64,000 bases of DNA, taken from the NCBI RefSeq assembly GCF_006345805.1, contig NC_043000.1:49042001-49106000 (forward strand), written 5' to 3'. The DNA comes from Octopus sinensis (taxonomy: Eukaryota). The translations under genes were made by a program, and so were the position numbers. Below are positions 39,315 through 53,208 of this stretch, one piece after another (positions within the stretch are counted from its first letter, which is position 1; every line of letters starts with the position of its first letter). A model generated the notes under the pieces. The model had not been told where the DNA came from. It saw only the letters and a list, made by a program, of their open reading frames with translations, and made no database searches.

Positions 39315-39860
39315 ATATAAAGCTTGTAACCAAATTTATTCTCATCGTATATCCCTAATCTAAATTTTCTTCTGTAGTGTAAGCTTTCTACGTTACGTTG
39401 GAAGATAGTATATTGAACAATGTTTGGTAGGTCTACTGGAAATACATAAATTAAATGTAGTAATCGGAACATATCTTGACCGCAAGCATTTGTCAATGAA
39501 GTGACAAGCGCTGGTTAATAGTAGAAAAGTATAGAGGCAGTAAGTGTTATCACAGAAGATTATTAGATAATTTCATCGCTAGTATGACAGTGACGCTGGC
39601 TTACAACTATTGTGTGATATCGAGACAGGGACCCACGAATACAGAAAGATACAATCATACGTGTGTAAATGTGTGTGTGTATGTGGGGGGGGGTTACCAC
39701 GTGATTTTATTTTCCATCTTAGAAATCCACTCACAAGATGTTAGACAGATTAGGACAACAAGTAAAGGTAATTGAGAATGATGGCTGCAAAGGAACAATC
39801 GGGTCTGTGACCATATATATTATTCCTATAAGGGATATATATTAATACATCTACATATGT

Positions 39861-40060
39861 AAAGCGACGAGCTAGCAGGATGGTTAGCTCCTTGGGCAAA
39901 CTGTTTAGTAGCAGTTCGTCCATCATTACATTCAAATTCAAATACCGCCGAGGTCGACTCATATATTCAGCCTTTCGGGTCGGTAAAATCGGTACCAGTT
40001 CAGTACTGGGATAGATGCAGTCGACTTAACTCGGTGTCCTCGGGACAAAGTTTGAAACCA
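39861..40060 (+). mobile_element. tRNA-derived SINE, family A
   Basis: AAAGCGACGAGCTAGCAGGATGGTTAGC head, ACCGCCGAGGTCGAC, GGTCGGTAAAATCGGTACCAGTT. Confidence 0.75.
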
Positions 40061-40169
40061 ATACATGTACATATGCGTGTAGATACGCACACACACACAC
40101 GCGCGCGCGCGCGCGCGCACACACACACACACATATGTATATATATATATATATAGGTATAAAAATTAT

Positions 40170-40420
40170 ATATAAAAAGGAACAAGAACGTGAAATACAC
40201 AAAGAGACGAACACAAAAAACGGACGGGTCATTCGAAGCCTTTAATCTTCAGTCAGAAACCGGATCATCATAGCAAATTTCGGCTGATTAATCCTGATAT
40301 TGCTCCGACACGGCCAGCCCCAATAAAAAAACTAAGCTGCGAGCATTAGATTTCTTGGGAAAAGGATCGAATGTAAACGAAACAAGGACAGAAAAACGGA
40401 CGAAGCCCCACGAATATAAA
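40170..40420 (-). mobile_element. Unassigned interspersed repeat related to 5040-5450
   Basis: GAGCATTAGATTTCTTGGGAAAAGGATCGAATGTAAACGAAACAAGG is similar to the reverse complement of about 5397-5445. Confidence 0.5.
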
Positions 40421-40467
<47 letters not shown>

Positions 40468-40791
40468 TAGATAGATGTGTGTATTTTTCCATTCTTTACA
40501 ATTAACACAGGACAAATAGATAAATAATTACCTGGGTGGCACAAAATCTCACAAGTAAAAAGGGCGTTACACCTTGTTTTTAAAGGTAGAAACTCCGGGT
40601 TTACTTGAAATAGTTTGTATAATATATATAAATAAATAAATGGAGTTAAACGCAGGTGATATTCAAATTTAATTATTAATTATAAAACCTATGGATTTTC
40701 CCTTTTACTAGCTTTAATGCTTGATGGCCACTTGTATTATTATTGTTATTACCTATTTACTACTACTAATAATGTGTGTGCGCGCGCCCGT

Positions 40792-41010
40792 GGGAGCGTT
40801 TTGGCTTAGTGGTTAGGATGTGGGACTCAAGATCGCAAGATTGCAGTTTTGAAACCTGGACCGCGTGACGCATTGTGTTCTTAAGCAAAACACTTCATTT
40901 GACGCTGTTCTAGTTCACTCCGGTGGCAAAAATGAGTAATCCCACGACGGACCGGCGTCCCTCCAGGTGGGGAATATATAAGCCATTGAAACCAGGAAAC
41001 CGTCTCTCAA
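40792..41010 (+). mobile_element. tRNA-derived SINE, family C (degenerate)
   Basis: A-box-like TGGCTTAGTGGTTAGG and TGTGTTCTTAAGCAAAACACTT core. The 3' part GACCGGCGTCCCTCCAG..GAAACCAGGAAACC is shared with family B. Confidence 0.65.
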
Positions 41011-41047
41011 GAATCTGGCATTGCTCGAGAAGGAAATATTAATTTTA

Positions 41048-41088
<41 letters not shown>

Positions 41089-41408
41089 TATTACATTAAG
41101 AGCTGTTACTATAAGTAAAGTCACACGCTGGAAAGGGACGCTAAAGTCAAATTACTTTAACAAAATATACAAACACGCTGCAGTCGAGGAATTGAACAAA
41201 GAAAAAAAATTATTTCAAAAAGGCTCATATCGAAACGATTTTATGACGAGTGAAGAGGTTGTTACAACGTATGGCTTTACTTATAGTAATATAATAATGT
41301 ATTTTTTTAAATTATATACTTAGTATTAATTTTTAACAATATTTGGTTTTGCACGCTGGCTACTTGTTAAAATCTTATATAGATTTTATCCATATATATA
41401 TATATTAT

Positions 41409-41786
41409 ATTAAATTAGAGATAAAACCACTATTAGGCAAATCAAACAGTGAAAAACATAAGCCAATACATAAAATAAATAAATTAATTAATAAATAAAT
41501 AAATAAATTAATAAATAAAATAATATATAAATATAAAAAATATACATACATACATATATATATTTGTATATATATATAAAATTTATAAGTTTAAATTATT
41601 TAAATAATTTTTTATTTTTAACTTTTATATTTTTAAATTAATTTTATGTATTAGCTTATGTTTTTCACTGTTTGATTTGCCTAATAGTGGTTTTATGTCT
41701 AATTTAATATAATATAATATATTTATACTATAAAATTGGATTTAATCCTAAATCTAATTTTTCCCTGTAAGTTTGGATTTATTCCC

Positions 41787-41790
<4 letters not shown>
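41409..41790. mobile_element. Long-TIR fold-back element with AT-rich spacer (left end truncated)
   Basis: 41409-41476 is the reverse complement of 41641-41707 with about 2 mismatches. The right arm continues to TTCCCTAAT and matches 6062-6130. Confidence 0.88.
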
Positions 41791-41829
<39 letters not shown>

Positions 41830-42239
41830 GTATGTATTTATGTATGCATGTATGTATGCAGGTATGCGTGGTATATGTACATATGTGTGTGTGTATGTAT
41901 ACGTATATATATATTTATATGCATATATGTGCATGTATATGTATATATGCATATGTATATATGCACGTGTGTATGTATGTATACGTATGTTCGTATCTGT
42001 ACGTATACACTTACAAACATTCATGCGCGTGCGCGAGCCCTCATACATGCATTTATGAATACAAATATTTATATATTCAAAAATATTACAATGAGCGTGT
42101 ATATACGTGAATGCATGTAACACAAGATTTGTGTATGCGTATGTATGTGTTGATGTATGTAAATATCTATATACATGTATGGATACGTACGTGTGTATAC
42201 ATCTTCACAGATATATATTCTTCTACTACTCACCACTAA

Positions 42240-42909
42240 CCTGTCCTTTTAACTAAATTAACTTATATCCCTAATTCTTCATTCCACATCAATTTTACTA
42301 CCCTTACCCCACTCGCTCTACCCTTCCCTTAAGCTCTATCACAACATATCTCAGACTCCTTTACTCTTTACCCTCTCATCTCTTCCTCTCTATCTCACCC
42401 TCATCTCTCCCTCCCTTCTATCATTTTATCCTAACCACTAGCTAGCACACCTTCTCTTTCTTCATTTCTTCATTGTCTCTCTCCTTTTTTTCTCTTCCTT
42501 TGTTTCTCTCTTCTTGCTTTGATTTGACCTTACAAACACATTCCAAACTTTTGCGTCACTTTAAAAAACCCTCGATCGAATAACACCGTTTACAATATTT
42601 GGAATTACCAATTATAAACACCATTGGAACTCACACACACAGTACAGGAAACTTGTGTGTGTGTGTCTGTGCCTGTGTACCATCCTGCTAAAATAATGGA
42701 ACTGCAAATAAAATATCCTTACATATATCACGTCTGTTTTCATTCCTTCACTTTACTCTGTATTTCATATCTTCTCTATAATAACTATTACATTTTTTCT
42801 CACCGTCTCTGATGAAGGGATATATAAAATATCCCGGAAACAGCTGTTAGAACTCTTTATGAATGTTCTGAAAATTTTGACAGCCTTGGATTTTTATCGC
42901 ATTCTGTTA

Positions 42910-42910
<1 letters not shown>
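42240..42910 (+). mobile_element. PLE-like 3' region/pseudo-LTR ending in (TA)n
   Basis: Pyrimidine-rich tract followed by a canonical minimal HHR and then a (TA)n array. Left boundary approximate. Confidence 0.5.
42806..42851 (+). ncRNA. Minimal type I hammerhead ribozyme motif with canonical core
   Basis: TCT-CTGATGA-A-GGGATAT ATAAA ATATCCC-G-GAAA-CAGCTGT-T-AGA. 7-bp stem II, palindromic stem III ACAGCTGT, GUU site, 3-bp stem I. Confidence 0.75.
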
Positions 42911-42987
<77 letters not shown>

Positions 42988-43086
42988 AGTGTGTGTATGT
43001 ATGTATATAGATAGATACATGTACATATGTATGTATATGTATCTTTATATGCGTATTCATACCCCCTCTCTTCCTCTTTCTCTCTC

Positions 43087-43129
<43 letters not shown>

Positions 43130-43881
43130 GTACATACATGCATACATACATACATACATACATACATACATACATACATACATACATACATAATGATTCA
43201 GTGTGATGATTCATTGTACTTCTTTTGTAAATCGATTAATTATTTAAAGGTGCCATTTGTTATGCATCGATAAATGTTATTCTTCACAATTCTGTATCCG
43301 ATTTGCAATGTCTTTCGGAAGGAATTGTAAGTAGTAGATGATAAAAGTACATACAAATTTCGTAGGCAATGTTACTAATCTTCCCAAAGTCTCTTGAATC
43401 CCAAAGTTCATGAAAGTTTTATAATGTATTTTCTTCCAGATGAGTGAATTTGTTGAAAATTCTTGGGAGGAATCTTTACTTCATCCACATTTTCACATAT
43501 TGTCGACGTATTACTCTTATCCAGCTCTTAATATGTCTTGTTCTAAAATTGTCGAGTTTACGCTTGTATTCAATACTCAAAATATAGAATCACTTTTCCT
43601 GTATAATTAAAATAGAAAGTCTATTTTAGATCTCTATTTAAAAGAACTCTGCCTTGTCACGATTTCTAATAGATTTCTTACTGTGCCTACGTGTCGTGTA
43701 TATTTTATATTTACAAAGTTTAGTGTATATTTTATGGGTTTGAATGAACTAAAAAGTGTATAGCTGTTAGCTGAGTCTATGTAAGTATACATACATACAT
43801 ACATACATGTATATGTATACATACATACATACATACATACATACATACATACATGTATATGTATATGTATATATATATATA

Positions 43882-44066
43882 TTGTTATATTTCGGAATGG
43901 TCATATTGCCAGTTTAGCCAATAAAAACACACGCACTATATATTTGGTGTTATTTTGCTTCAGGGTTATTTATTTTTTACATTAATCTTAATCTTTTTTC
44001 GGCCAGAGTTCTTTCGTGTGTTTTTATTGGCTAAACTGGCAATATGACCATCCCGAAATATAACAA
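43882..44066. mobile_element. MITE-like element with 52-bp TIRs
   Basis: TTGTTATATTTCGGAATGGTCATATTGCCAGTTTAGCCAATAAAAACACACG (43882-43933) vs 44015-44066, 1 mismatch. TA-flanked. Confidence 0.9.
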
Positions 44067-44123
44067 TATCTGTTTCAACACACGACTTCACATAAAAAAT
44101 CTTGCACAACAAATATTTAAACG

Positions 44124-44187
<64 letters not shown>

Positions 44188-44191
<4 letters not shown>

Positions 44192-44349
44192 AAGCGTGGC
44201 TGTATGGTAAGTGGGTTTTTTACCATCCACATGTTTCCGGGTTCAGTCCCACTGCGTGGTACCTTCGACCAGTGTCTTCTACTATAGCCTCAGGCCGACC
44301 AAAACCTTGTGAGTGGATTTGGTAGGCGGAAACTGAAAGAAGCCCGTCG

Positions 44350-44392
<43 letters not shown>

Positions 44393-44568
44393 GTCTGTGT
44401 TTGTGTGTCTCTCTTTGTCCCCGTCCATCGACTGACAACTGATGTTGGTGTGCCTACGTTCCGGTAACTTAGCGGTGCAGCAAAAAGAGACCGATAGTGT
44501 TGAGCTTACAAAGAATAAGTCCTGGTGTCGATTTGTTTGGGTAAAGACTGCTGAAACAAATAAAAGAT
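44188..44568 (+). mobile_element. tRNA-derived SINE, family D, with internal microsatellite
   Basis: GCGCAAGCGTGGCTGTATGGTAAG head, B-box CGGGTTCAGTCCC, internal (TA)n(TG)n, 3' CTGAAACAAATAAAAGA. Confidence 0.9.
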
Positions 44569-44621
<53 letters not shown>

Positions 44622-44797
44622 ATATATACATTCACAAATATAGGTGCTACCATACGTAAATATCCATACATACATACATGCATACATACATACATACATG
44701 CATACATACATACATACATACATACATACATAATACATACATACATACATACATACATACATACATACATGTATATGTATATGTATATATATATATA

Positions 44798-44982
44798 TTG
44801 TTATATTTCGGAATGGTCATATTGCCAGTTTAGCCAATAAAAACACACGCACTATATATTTGGTGTTATTTTGCTTCAGGGTTATTTATTTTTTACATTA
44901 ATCTTAATCTTTTTTCGGCCAGAGTTCTTTCGTGTGTTTTTATTGGCTAAACTGGCAATATGACCATCCCGAAATATAACAA
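44798..44982. mobile_element. MITE-like element with 52-bp TIRs (duplicate)
   Basis: Same as 43882-44066, offset by 916 bp. Confidence 0.9.
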
Positions 44983-45038
44983 TATCTGTTTCAACACACG
45001 ACTTCACATAAAAAATCTTGCACAACAAATATTTAAAC

Positions 45039-45108
<70 letters not shown>

Positions 45109-45112
<4 letters not shown>

Positions 45113-45269
45113 AAGCGTGGCTGTATGGTAAGTGGGTTTTTTACCATCCACATGTTTCCGGGTTCAGTCCCACTGCGTGGTACCTTCGACCAGTGTCTTC
45201 TACTATAGCCTCAGGCCGACCAAAACCTTGTGAGTGGATTTGGTAGGCGGAAACTGAAAGAAGCCCGTC

Positions 45270-45317
<48 letters not shown>

Positions 45318-45492
45318 GTCTGTGTTTGTGTGTCTCTCTTTGTCCCCGTCCATCGACTGACAACTGATGTTGGTGTGCCTACGTTCCGGTAACTTAGCGG
45401 TGCAGCAAAAAGAGACCGATAGTGTTGAGCTTACAAAGAATAAGTCCTGGTGTCGATTTGTTTGGGTAAAGACTGCTGAAACAAATAAAAGA
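45109..45492 (+). mobile_element. tRNA-derived SINE, family D (duplicate)
   Basis: Same as 44188-44568 apart from microsatellite length. Confidence 0.9.
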
Positions 45493-45493
45493 T

Positions 45494-45555
<62 letters not shown>

Positions 45556-46650
45556 CATTCACAAATATAGGTGCTACCATACGTAAATATCCATACATAC
45601 ATACATGCATACATACATACATACATGCATACATACATACATACATACATACATACATACATACATACATACATACATACATACATACATACATACATAA
45701 AAGTTGTTTTTATATGAATATTTTAAGCTACGGATATTCATCTCGTTAAGATAAATGTTCGACTGCTGCAAGTATAAATTAGATTTTCTCCACTTTCGTT
45801 GTTGGCAATAGACAATAGCGTTTCGGAACACACAGCAGGCAAAAGATAAGTATGTACAACTTTATTATATATTTATATATCAACACAATGTAAATTCTTC
45901 ATCTTTACGAATCCCTTTACTGAATTTTATATTCGTATACTTCGAGAAACCTAGAGGATTTTAGCGTGACAAAGTAGATTGCTAGGGAAAATCCCTAGCC
46001 GTATTTAGTTTCATCTTTTAACGAACAGAGTTTGAAATGCAACCTAAGTCGGCTTATCCTTTTATCCATCCATGGTCGATAAAAGAAATGTCAGTCAAAT
46101 CACTCCTCCTTTATAGAGGAATTCAATCGATAAAATCGATTATGCTCCGCTATAAAAATGTGTTGCTTTGTACCACTATTAGAAATCAATATTTAGAGAC
46201 AGAAACCGAATCTCTCTGAGTGTGCTGGAAACGTTACTGTCAGAATGATGCCTCGCTGTATCTTGTTATTTCCTTCTTGGTACGGAGTTCAGATTCTGTT
46301 GGGATCATCATTACGTTTCATCACTCTGGGGTTGATAAAATATTTGCTGAAAGGAAAAATTAAAATTCTATGAAATCACACGATCCTAAACTGCTGATTG
46401 AGTAATTTGGGCAATGTCTAATATTTTCTTGTTTATTTTCTTGTTTAATTTTTTTATCGGTACAAACCCTCCCAGCGTCTATTTTACTATAAAATTAGAA
46501 TGATTGAAAAAGCGTAATCTGTTGTTGGAGTCAGCATACACACGCACACAAACGTGCACACACCCATATACAGAGGCACGCATACACCACACACAATAAC
46601 AAAGACGCATAATATTATTGAGGGCCATTATAATCCTAATTATTCGCCAT

Positions 46651-46812
46651 GCAAGGCGGCGAGAAGGCAGAAACGTTCGCACATCGGGCGAAATGCTTAC
46701 GGGTCTTTACGTTCTGAGTTCAAATTCCGCCGAGGTTAACTATGTCTTTTATCCTTTCGGCTCCCTCCTCAAAAATTTCGGGCATTTTGCCTAGAGTAGA
46801 AAAGAATCATTC
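46651..46812 (+). mobile_element. tRNA-derived SINE, family A (internally deleted)
   Basis: GCAAGGCGGCGAGAAGGCAGAAACGTT head, GAGTTCAAATTCCGCCGAGG B-box region. Confidence 0.8.
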
Positions 46813-46878
46813 GCGATGCTTGGCCGCTAAATCTACAAGTCTTTTTTTCATTCTCTCTCTGTGTATTTTCTCTTTTTC

Positions 46879-46914
46879 CTTTCTGCTGAAGATCGTAGGC
46901 TCGAAACGTAAAAG
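46879..46914 (+). ncRNA. HHR-like motif (core CUGCUGA) in a PLE-type repeat (46850-47000)
   Basis: CTTT-CTGCTGA-A-GATC GTAG GCTC-GAAACGTA-AAAG. 4-bp stem I, stem II with one mismatch, ACGU palindrome. Flanks match the reverse complement of 63.8k. Confidence 0.55.
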
Positions 46915-49052
46915 TCTTTTTCATTTACCCGAGCGACAACCTATTACATCTGCTTGTTCGTAGACCTGTCTTCGCCTTTCGTTTTCCTATCAATTTCAAC
47001 TATATGTATATATATGCAGATATAAACACACACACACACACACATATATATATATGTATATATATATAACTGATTTTATTGAAAAAGTATCCATAAATCT
47101 ATCATATTTATGGTGGAATTTTCAATGGAATATATAGCTTTTTTTGTACCATTTGCGTATGGATTACTCCTGGCACTGTGAATATAAATCGGTATAGGTT
47201 ACAGGTTTTAAAAAACGCGATGTCTATTGACGAAATACAAATTCCATTATCATAATACAAAGAATGGTATTCCCTGGAATAATCAGTTACAAATGGCTTT
47301 CAGAAAGCCAAATTAGTATTTTCTGAATTACATAACAGAGTGCTTCATCTACTTAATGGGCCATTAATGACAAAAAGAACTCTGAAATAGCGAATAAATA
47401 TCTCTTAAGAGGACAATTCGTTCCTAAACTGTACAAACACACAAATTATTTTGAGTGAAGGCATTGCAATAACGAGCCATGCCGCATCAATTGTAATAAT
47501 AAAAATATTAACTTCTAATAACACTACTTATAATAATAAATAGGTTTTCTTACATTGACTCAAGGATATAAATTTAGCTATAAACTGGTGCAGTCGACCG
47601 AATCGTTACCAGTAAATAACTGGTGTCCGTATATTCGACCGCAGGAAGTGAAAAACAAGGCCAATCCTATTGGGGTTTGAACACGGAACGTTGCGGAATG
47701 AGATATCGAATATGTGTAGGTTTCCCCAGCACAGTAGAGTATCTGCCATTTTTATCTATGCTTTAAATATAAATAACTATTTCCACCATTCATACCCTCT
47801 ACCGTTATATTACTGAATGGATTAAATTTGTCCCAGTGTTTGACTAATAGAGTTTGATATACCTTAGAGGAACAAAAACCTACTAAATTTTAAGTAAATA
47901 TTAAGGGTCCGCAACGAAATACGGCAAGTGATTGTCTTTTTCTCTATAATATTGTTCCAAAGACAGCGGTAATAAAAATCTTCAGCATAAACAAAAGACA
48001 ACTCATTTTGGAAGAGTGCTGCAGGCAATCACAACAAACTTACGACTTATACAACTATAAAACAAGTACCATTTAAGTACAAGGAAGAACTTCGGCACGG
48101 TCCATTTCTGGAACAGAGGCCGAGGCGATTCTCGCCATAATTTCTGATACGTTGAGTGATTGAGTCACCGAAGCAGCAACCTCTGTTCTTATTTTTAGTC
48201 GATCTCGCTTTTTTTGCCTTTCCAGTAACACATGACAGACGACACTGAACTAACTTTTGTTGTAACAAATATGCCGTGCTACCTTTTTTGCTCTATATCA
48301 CCAATCCTATTGTCCCCGTTTGTACGCCCATGATGTAGCAATGATCTTGTTATCATTGTTCCTTGACCTCAAACTACTCCTACAAAGGTGACAACGAGAT
48401 AGACCGTATTCATTGCCATCGTTAATAACTCTTAGTGTAACCTATATACAACAGTCTATGCCTACAAGCAATATAGCTTTCCGCTATCTCCATTTGCTCT
48501 TTTGCCTCGGTCACAATGTCGAAGTGCAAGCCGACATTACAATATATCTCGCCTCATTTGAGTGACAACTATCCTGCATGTCGACCAAAGCTTCTTCCAG
48601 TTCGTTATTAGAAGGCATACAAAACAGCTCCATTCTTCGTACAACAGAGTTATGTCGACAATTGAATGAATTTCTGGAGCAGAACACCGTATTCATAAGA
48701 TATCCCGTATCAAGTATTTTTCTCTTACTAGACTTTATATGTAGAATTTTATTCCTGCGCACTTTTTTTATATTACGTGTGAAAAGCTGTATAATTTTAC
48801 CGTTGCATTTGTTGATAATGTAACGAGATTTCAGAGATGTAACAGAAGAAATATTAAAATAAAACACAAATCAACAGAATATGCCCCTAAACAAAGCAAA
48901 ACGGATACACTAAACAAACAATACACTATCACTACCGACCCCACTTCTCCCCAAACCAATGCTTAGCATACGCCATTGGTGAGATGATGGTGTAGCTGAA
49001 ACATATAGGAAACCGTAGAAAACATAATAACTACACTAAAATTTACTAATAT

Positions 49053-49205
49053 AGGCACAAAGCCAGAATTTAATGGGATGGTATCAGTCAATTATATTGA
49101 CATCAACAGTTGATTGATACTTATTTTATCGATTCTGGAAGGATGAAAGGCAATGTCGACCTTGGCAGAGTTTAAATATATTGCGCAATTTAATTGATCG
49201 GCGTA
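49053..49205 (-). mobile_element. tRNA-derived SINE, family A fragment
   Basis: TACTTATTTTATCGA..GGATGAAAGGCAATGTCGACCTTGGCAGAGTT is the reverse complement of the family A body. Confidence 0.7.
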
Positions 49206-50502
49206 AATTAAGGATGAATCCTCGGAGGTATATTTTGAAAACCAATATTTGTCGTATAGCACCAACTCAACTTTCACTGAGCAAATCTATCAGGTATGTG
49301 TATGTTTATAAGTGTGTGTTGCTCTGTGTGAGCAAATTAAGATACGGAAATTGGTAGAGTCGTTAGAGCGTATGTCAAAATACGTTGTACCATTTGTTCC
49401 GACTGCGTTCATATCAGCCTGTTTTGCATAATTTATTGTGACAGGTGTGAACCTGTCGTTAGGTTCAACAACACCGCCTGGTCTCTAAGTTATTTGACAG
49501 AATATATCTTTAATTGCAATGTTTGGGGTCAAATCATAAGTTTCAGTCTAAAGGCCACCTTTCCTGCTAACAGTCTCTGAAATCTTGAAAAGATAAAGTG
49601 TCGCAGTGCAGGCCTTCCCTTATATATTAAATGGTTACATATAAGTTCGTCTCCTCATTCGCAAATGACTTATGGGTGTAACAGTATGAAGGGGTAATAA
49701 TGACGGAGTTGGTATGGGAAAATGTTCAGAAAGAGTGAAGTTCGTACAGGGCTTTTTGCATTCTCATCTAATATTGCTCACAACCACTGCTCAAACAACG
49801 AAAGGAAACTCTGTCCATTTATTCATTGCTTCACTACCAGTCTGTAGCCAACCCTAGCGAGAAATGACACATGAAAAGATTATGTACTTTAAAATGTTAT
49901 AGAAGAAAGATAAACTACATTTTCTGTTTTACTCTGCTTCTAGATATACATTCTATAAAAATATTCAAGTGTATATAATACGAAAAGAAATTGCAGTACT
50001 TAATTTGAATTTGGAAATATATGGATTTATAGATGGAATTTTAATCATTGGTTAATCGGTATGCGATCTCATTTTAAATAAAAATCTGCACTACATGACA
50101 TGTGCCCAAGGTACCGCGCACTGGACTGATCCCAGATGAGAGGCAACACTTGTACGTTGCATCAATAACCAGAACTACATTAGCCAGAGTATCTTTCCTT
50201 TATCAAAATTATTAAAGATGCTGGGGCCTGAATACAAAGATGGCTGGCTAGTTTATTTAGATGTAGATTTCATCAGGTAGAACTACAATTTTCGACGACT
50301 TGTGCAAGTCAATGTTTATTTGAGATTTCAGCCTTCTATTTCCCTGATGAAACCTTTGCTTGAAAGGTTGTTTTCTTAATTATGATATTCAATATTTTTA
50401 TTTTATCTTCAAGCAAATTTCAGGAGATATCTCATAAATATATTTACTAGTAACCGGAAATATATTTTGTCAAGCCATTGTCTCCTTCATACTTAATATA
50501 CG

Positions 50503-50617
<115 letters not shown>

Positions 50618-52332
50618 GTGTGTATGAGTTGGTGTGTGTGTAAACATGCCTGCATATATGTATATATGCATGCATTCATATATATAATATATATGTGTGT
50701 GTGTGTATGTATGTATGCATATATGTAGGTATGCTAGAGCATATATACTTGTATATATACATTTGTATGTTGTGTGCTTGTGTTTATGTGTAAGCGTGTG
50801 CACGTGAATTTATTTATGCATGTATGTATGCATGCATGTATGTATGTATGTATGTATACACAAATGCACACACAGCTACGTACAAACCGCCATCGAATAT
50901 TTGCTGTCTAAAACGATATGTACATACATATATATCCACGCAGAAATTTCCTTTGCAATGTAGTTATTATCTCTTAAATTTTGCCGTCGCTACAAACCTG
51001 CTTATTTACGTGGAATTAATTAAACGGAAATTCTAGCTTACTAACGATCTTGGTAGTATTCAAGCGGAAAACTAAAATTACTGAATACGAAGAGAGGAAA
51101 TACAGGTGGTTAACTCGACGTCAGGGATTTAATGCCAGTTTTTCTTTAATGCCCTAAGGGATGAAATGCAATGCAGCATATGTTGAGTGTATGTTTGTGC
51201 GTAAACGCGTACCTGTGTATAAGTATGTGTATTTATGTGTGTGAAATAGTATTGGATTTCCAACGCAGTGACTCCTATCAATCTTAATCAGATGCAAACT
51301 GCCTCACACACGTTCGTTTTGAGAAACTTTAACATCGCTCTCTCTTTCCTATACAACATTAATGTCACACCTACTACGTAGTTGTATCCTAAGAATGGTT
51401 GAAGAATAAATAAAAAAAATTGTTTTAAATAAAATCAAACAATCACATATAAAACTACACCCTTTAATTTCGGAATGGAATTTTTTTTTTCTTCTTTTGA
51501 CAACTTACTGATCTGAGTTCATACGTTGAATGTGAATGTGTTGAAGCTAAAGCAATTGCATTTCTCGTAGTGTCATGATAGCCTTTTAAAAAAGACACAT
51601 ATCTTTATAATCTAGCGTCAGTGGTTAGGTGTCCCCAGACGTACAACTAAATATATTACAATAGAAATCAAACGCGAATCTAAAGCTAAGAATGGGTGTT
51701 TTAAATGGTTATCAAAACTTTAAATCAATGTAACTGATTCAATTTAAATAATTAAAGTTACAAGAAAGATTTTCATTAACACAGCATGCATATAAAATCG
51801 ATAGTTTTTGCAAGTTAGTAAAAGAGAACTATTTAATAATTGCCAAAATGCCTCATATAAGTGCGGAAGTATATTTACCGAATTACCAGTTATTGTATAT
51901 CAGATAGGGCGTTCCGTTTTCATGCAACGCACGATATACGTCTGTGTTATTCTGAACACTAGATTTACATGGAAATTCCATTGTAGCGTAGATGACATGT
52001 ATAAACCTTACAGGTTTCTAAATTTAATTTTGTAATAAAGAATTCTAATATAGATAGGTAGACAAACTAATATAAACATCTAACGTGTGTTTGTGTGTTT
52101 CTATGCGTGCATGTGTGTATGTTGTGCTTTGTGCAACTGATAATACGTAATCCGGAAGAAGCTGAGGTATGGAAATGTCAAGCGTGACTTAGCCAGCGTA
52201 ACAACCCGGTTCTGATGGTTAGGAAGGTTGCTAGAAAACCTAGCAGCATAAAAGCATTAACCTGTCAAACAGCGGATGAACTCAGAATAGGATCAATGAT
52301 TATCTAGAAATAATGAATGGGACTTAGAAATA

Positions 52333-53208
52333 CGAAGTGCATCCCAGAAGTTTTGAGACTTCTTTAGAACAAGCAGTTATCTGTCCTAGATTATTGTAAT
52401 GTCAGTATATCATTACTATACATCCAATAAACTGACCTGCCAACGTCTATTATCCCACATTGAAGGAGACGGCTATTACAGAACTTTGAACACAGCCTTC
52501 TAAACACTGCTTGTCACAGCTGACTATCTTGCAGAATGCAGTCAGGATATGAAGACAATTTGGATACTCAGGTATACAGTAAAGTTTTGTGTTAAACGGA
52601 ACACAACGCCAGAGAAACCTATAAAATGCCCCAAATTGTTTATGGATTAACTTGTATAAGCTGAACATTTGTTTTCGCTAGTAATAGTGGCCAAACAAGG
52701 CAATCCACTGCAAAGCTCATGTTGATCCACTTTTTCAATATCAAGGGCATTATCTACATCCACTGGATTCCCTCTGGTGAGACTATCAGCAAATAGTGCA
52801 TTTTGGAGCTTTTGATAAGGATTTCATCACAAGAGACCACAGCTCATTCACTTGGGCCAGTGGTACCGGCACCAGGACGTTGCACTAATCCATAATTTCC
52901 TCCTGGTAACCAAATACTTGACAGCGATGAACATTAAAACTGTCCCTCACCTTCCCTGCAGTCCAAACCTTGCTTCCTGTGACTTTTAGTATCTCAAGTT
53001 GAAGAAGGTGAAGGCGATTGTGAGAAGGGTTCTCAAAACCTTCTCTTTGGGAGACTTCTATGAAGCCTTCATAAAATGGTAAGAGCGCTGCATCAAGCGC
53101 ATTGAAGTCAGAGGATCCTTTTTTAAAGGAGATTAGAGTTTCTTTCTCTTTGAAATTAATAAAAGTCTCTCCTGAAAAAAAAGTTTCAAAACTTCTGGAA
53201 AGCACCAT
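52333..53208 (+). mobile_element. Internally deleted mariner-family transposon
   Basis: Imperfect TIRs GTGCATCCCAGAAGTTTTGAGACT / AGTTTCAAAACTTCTGGAAAGCAC. Peptides KLMLIHFFNIKGIIYIHWIPSGETI and HLPCSPNLASCDF (52948-52986; cf. HPPYSPDLAPCDF). Confidence 0.85.

Larger units (their letters stand above)
43881..45700. repeat. 916-bp tandem duplication bounded by (CATA)n arrays
   Basis: Units start at 43881 and 44797. Non-microsatellite sequence appears identical on reading; only microsatellite lengths differ. Confidence 0.95.

Noticed and set aside
48050-48870. Several ORFs of 70-120 aa, a GDSI motif and a strong polypyrimidine/AG
   Set aside because: No consistent frame or recognisable family motif.
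49436-49606. TGTGAC..GTCGCA segment as a solo LTR
   Set aside because: No TSD, only a 6-bp imperfect inverted repeat and no second copy.
50344-50375. CTGATGA followed by an AACCTTT/AAAGGTT hairpin
   Set aside because: No GAAA or stem III follows, so it is not callable as an HHR.
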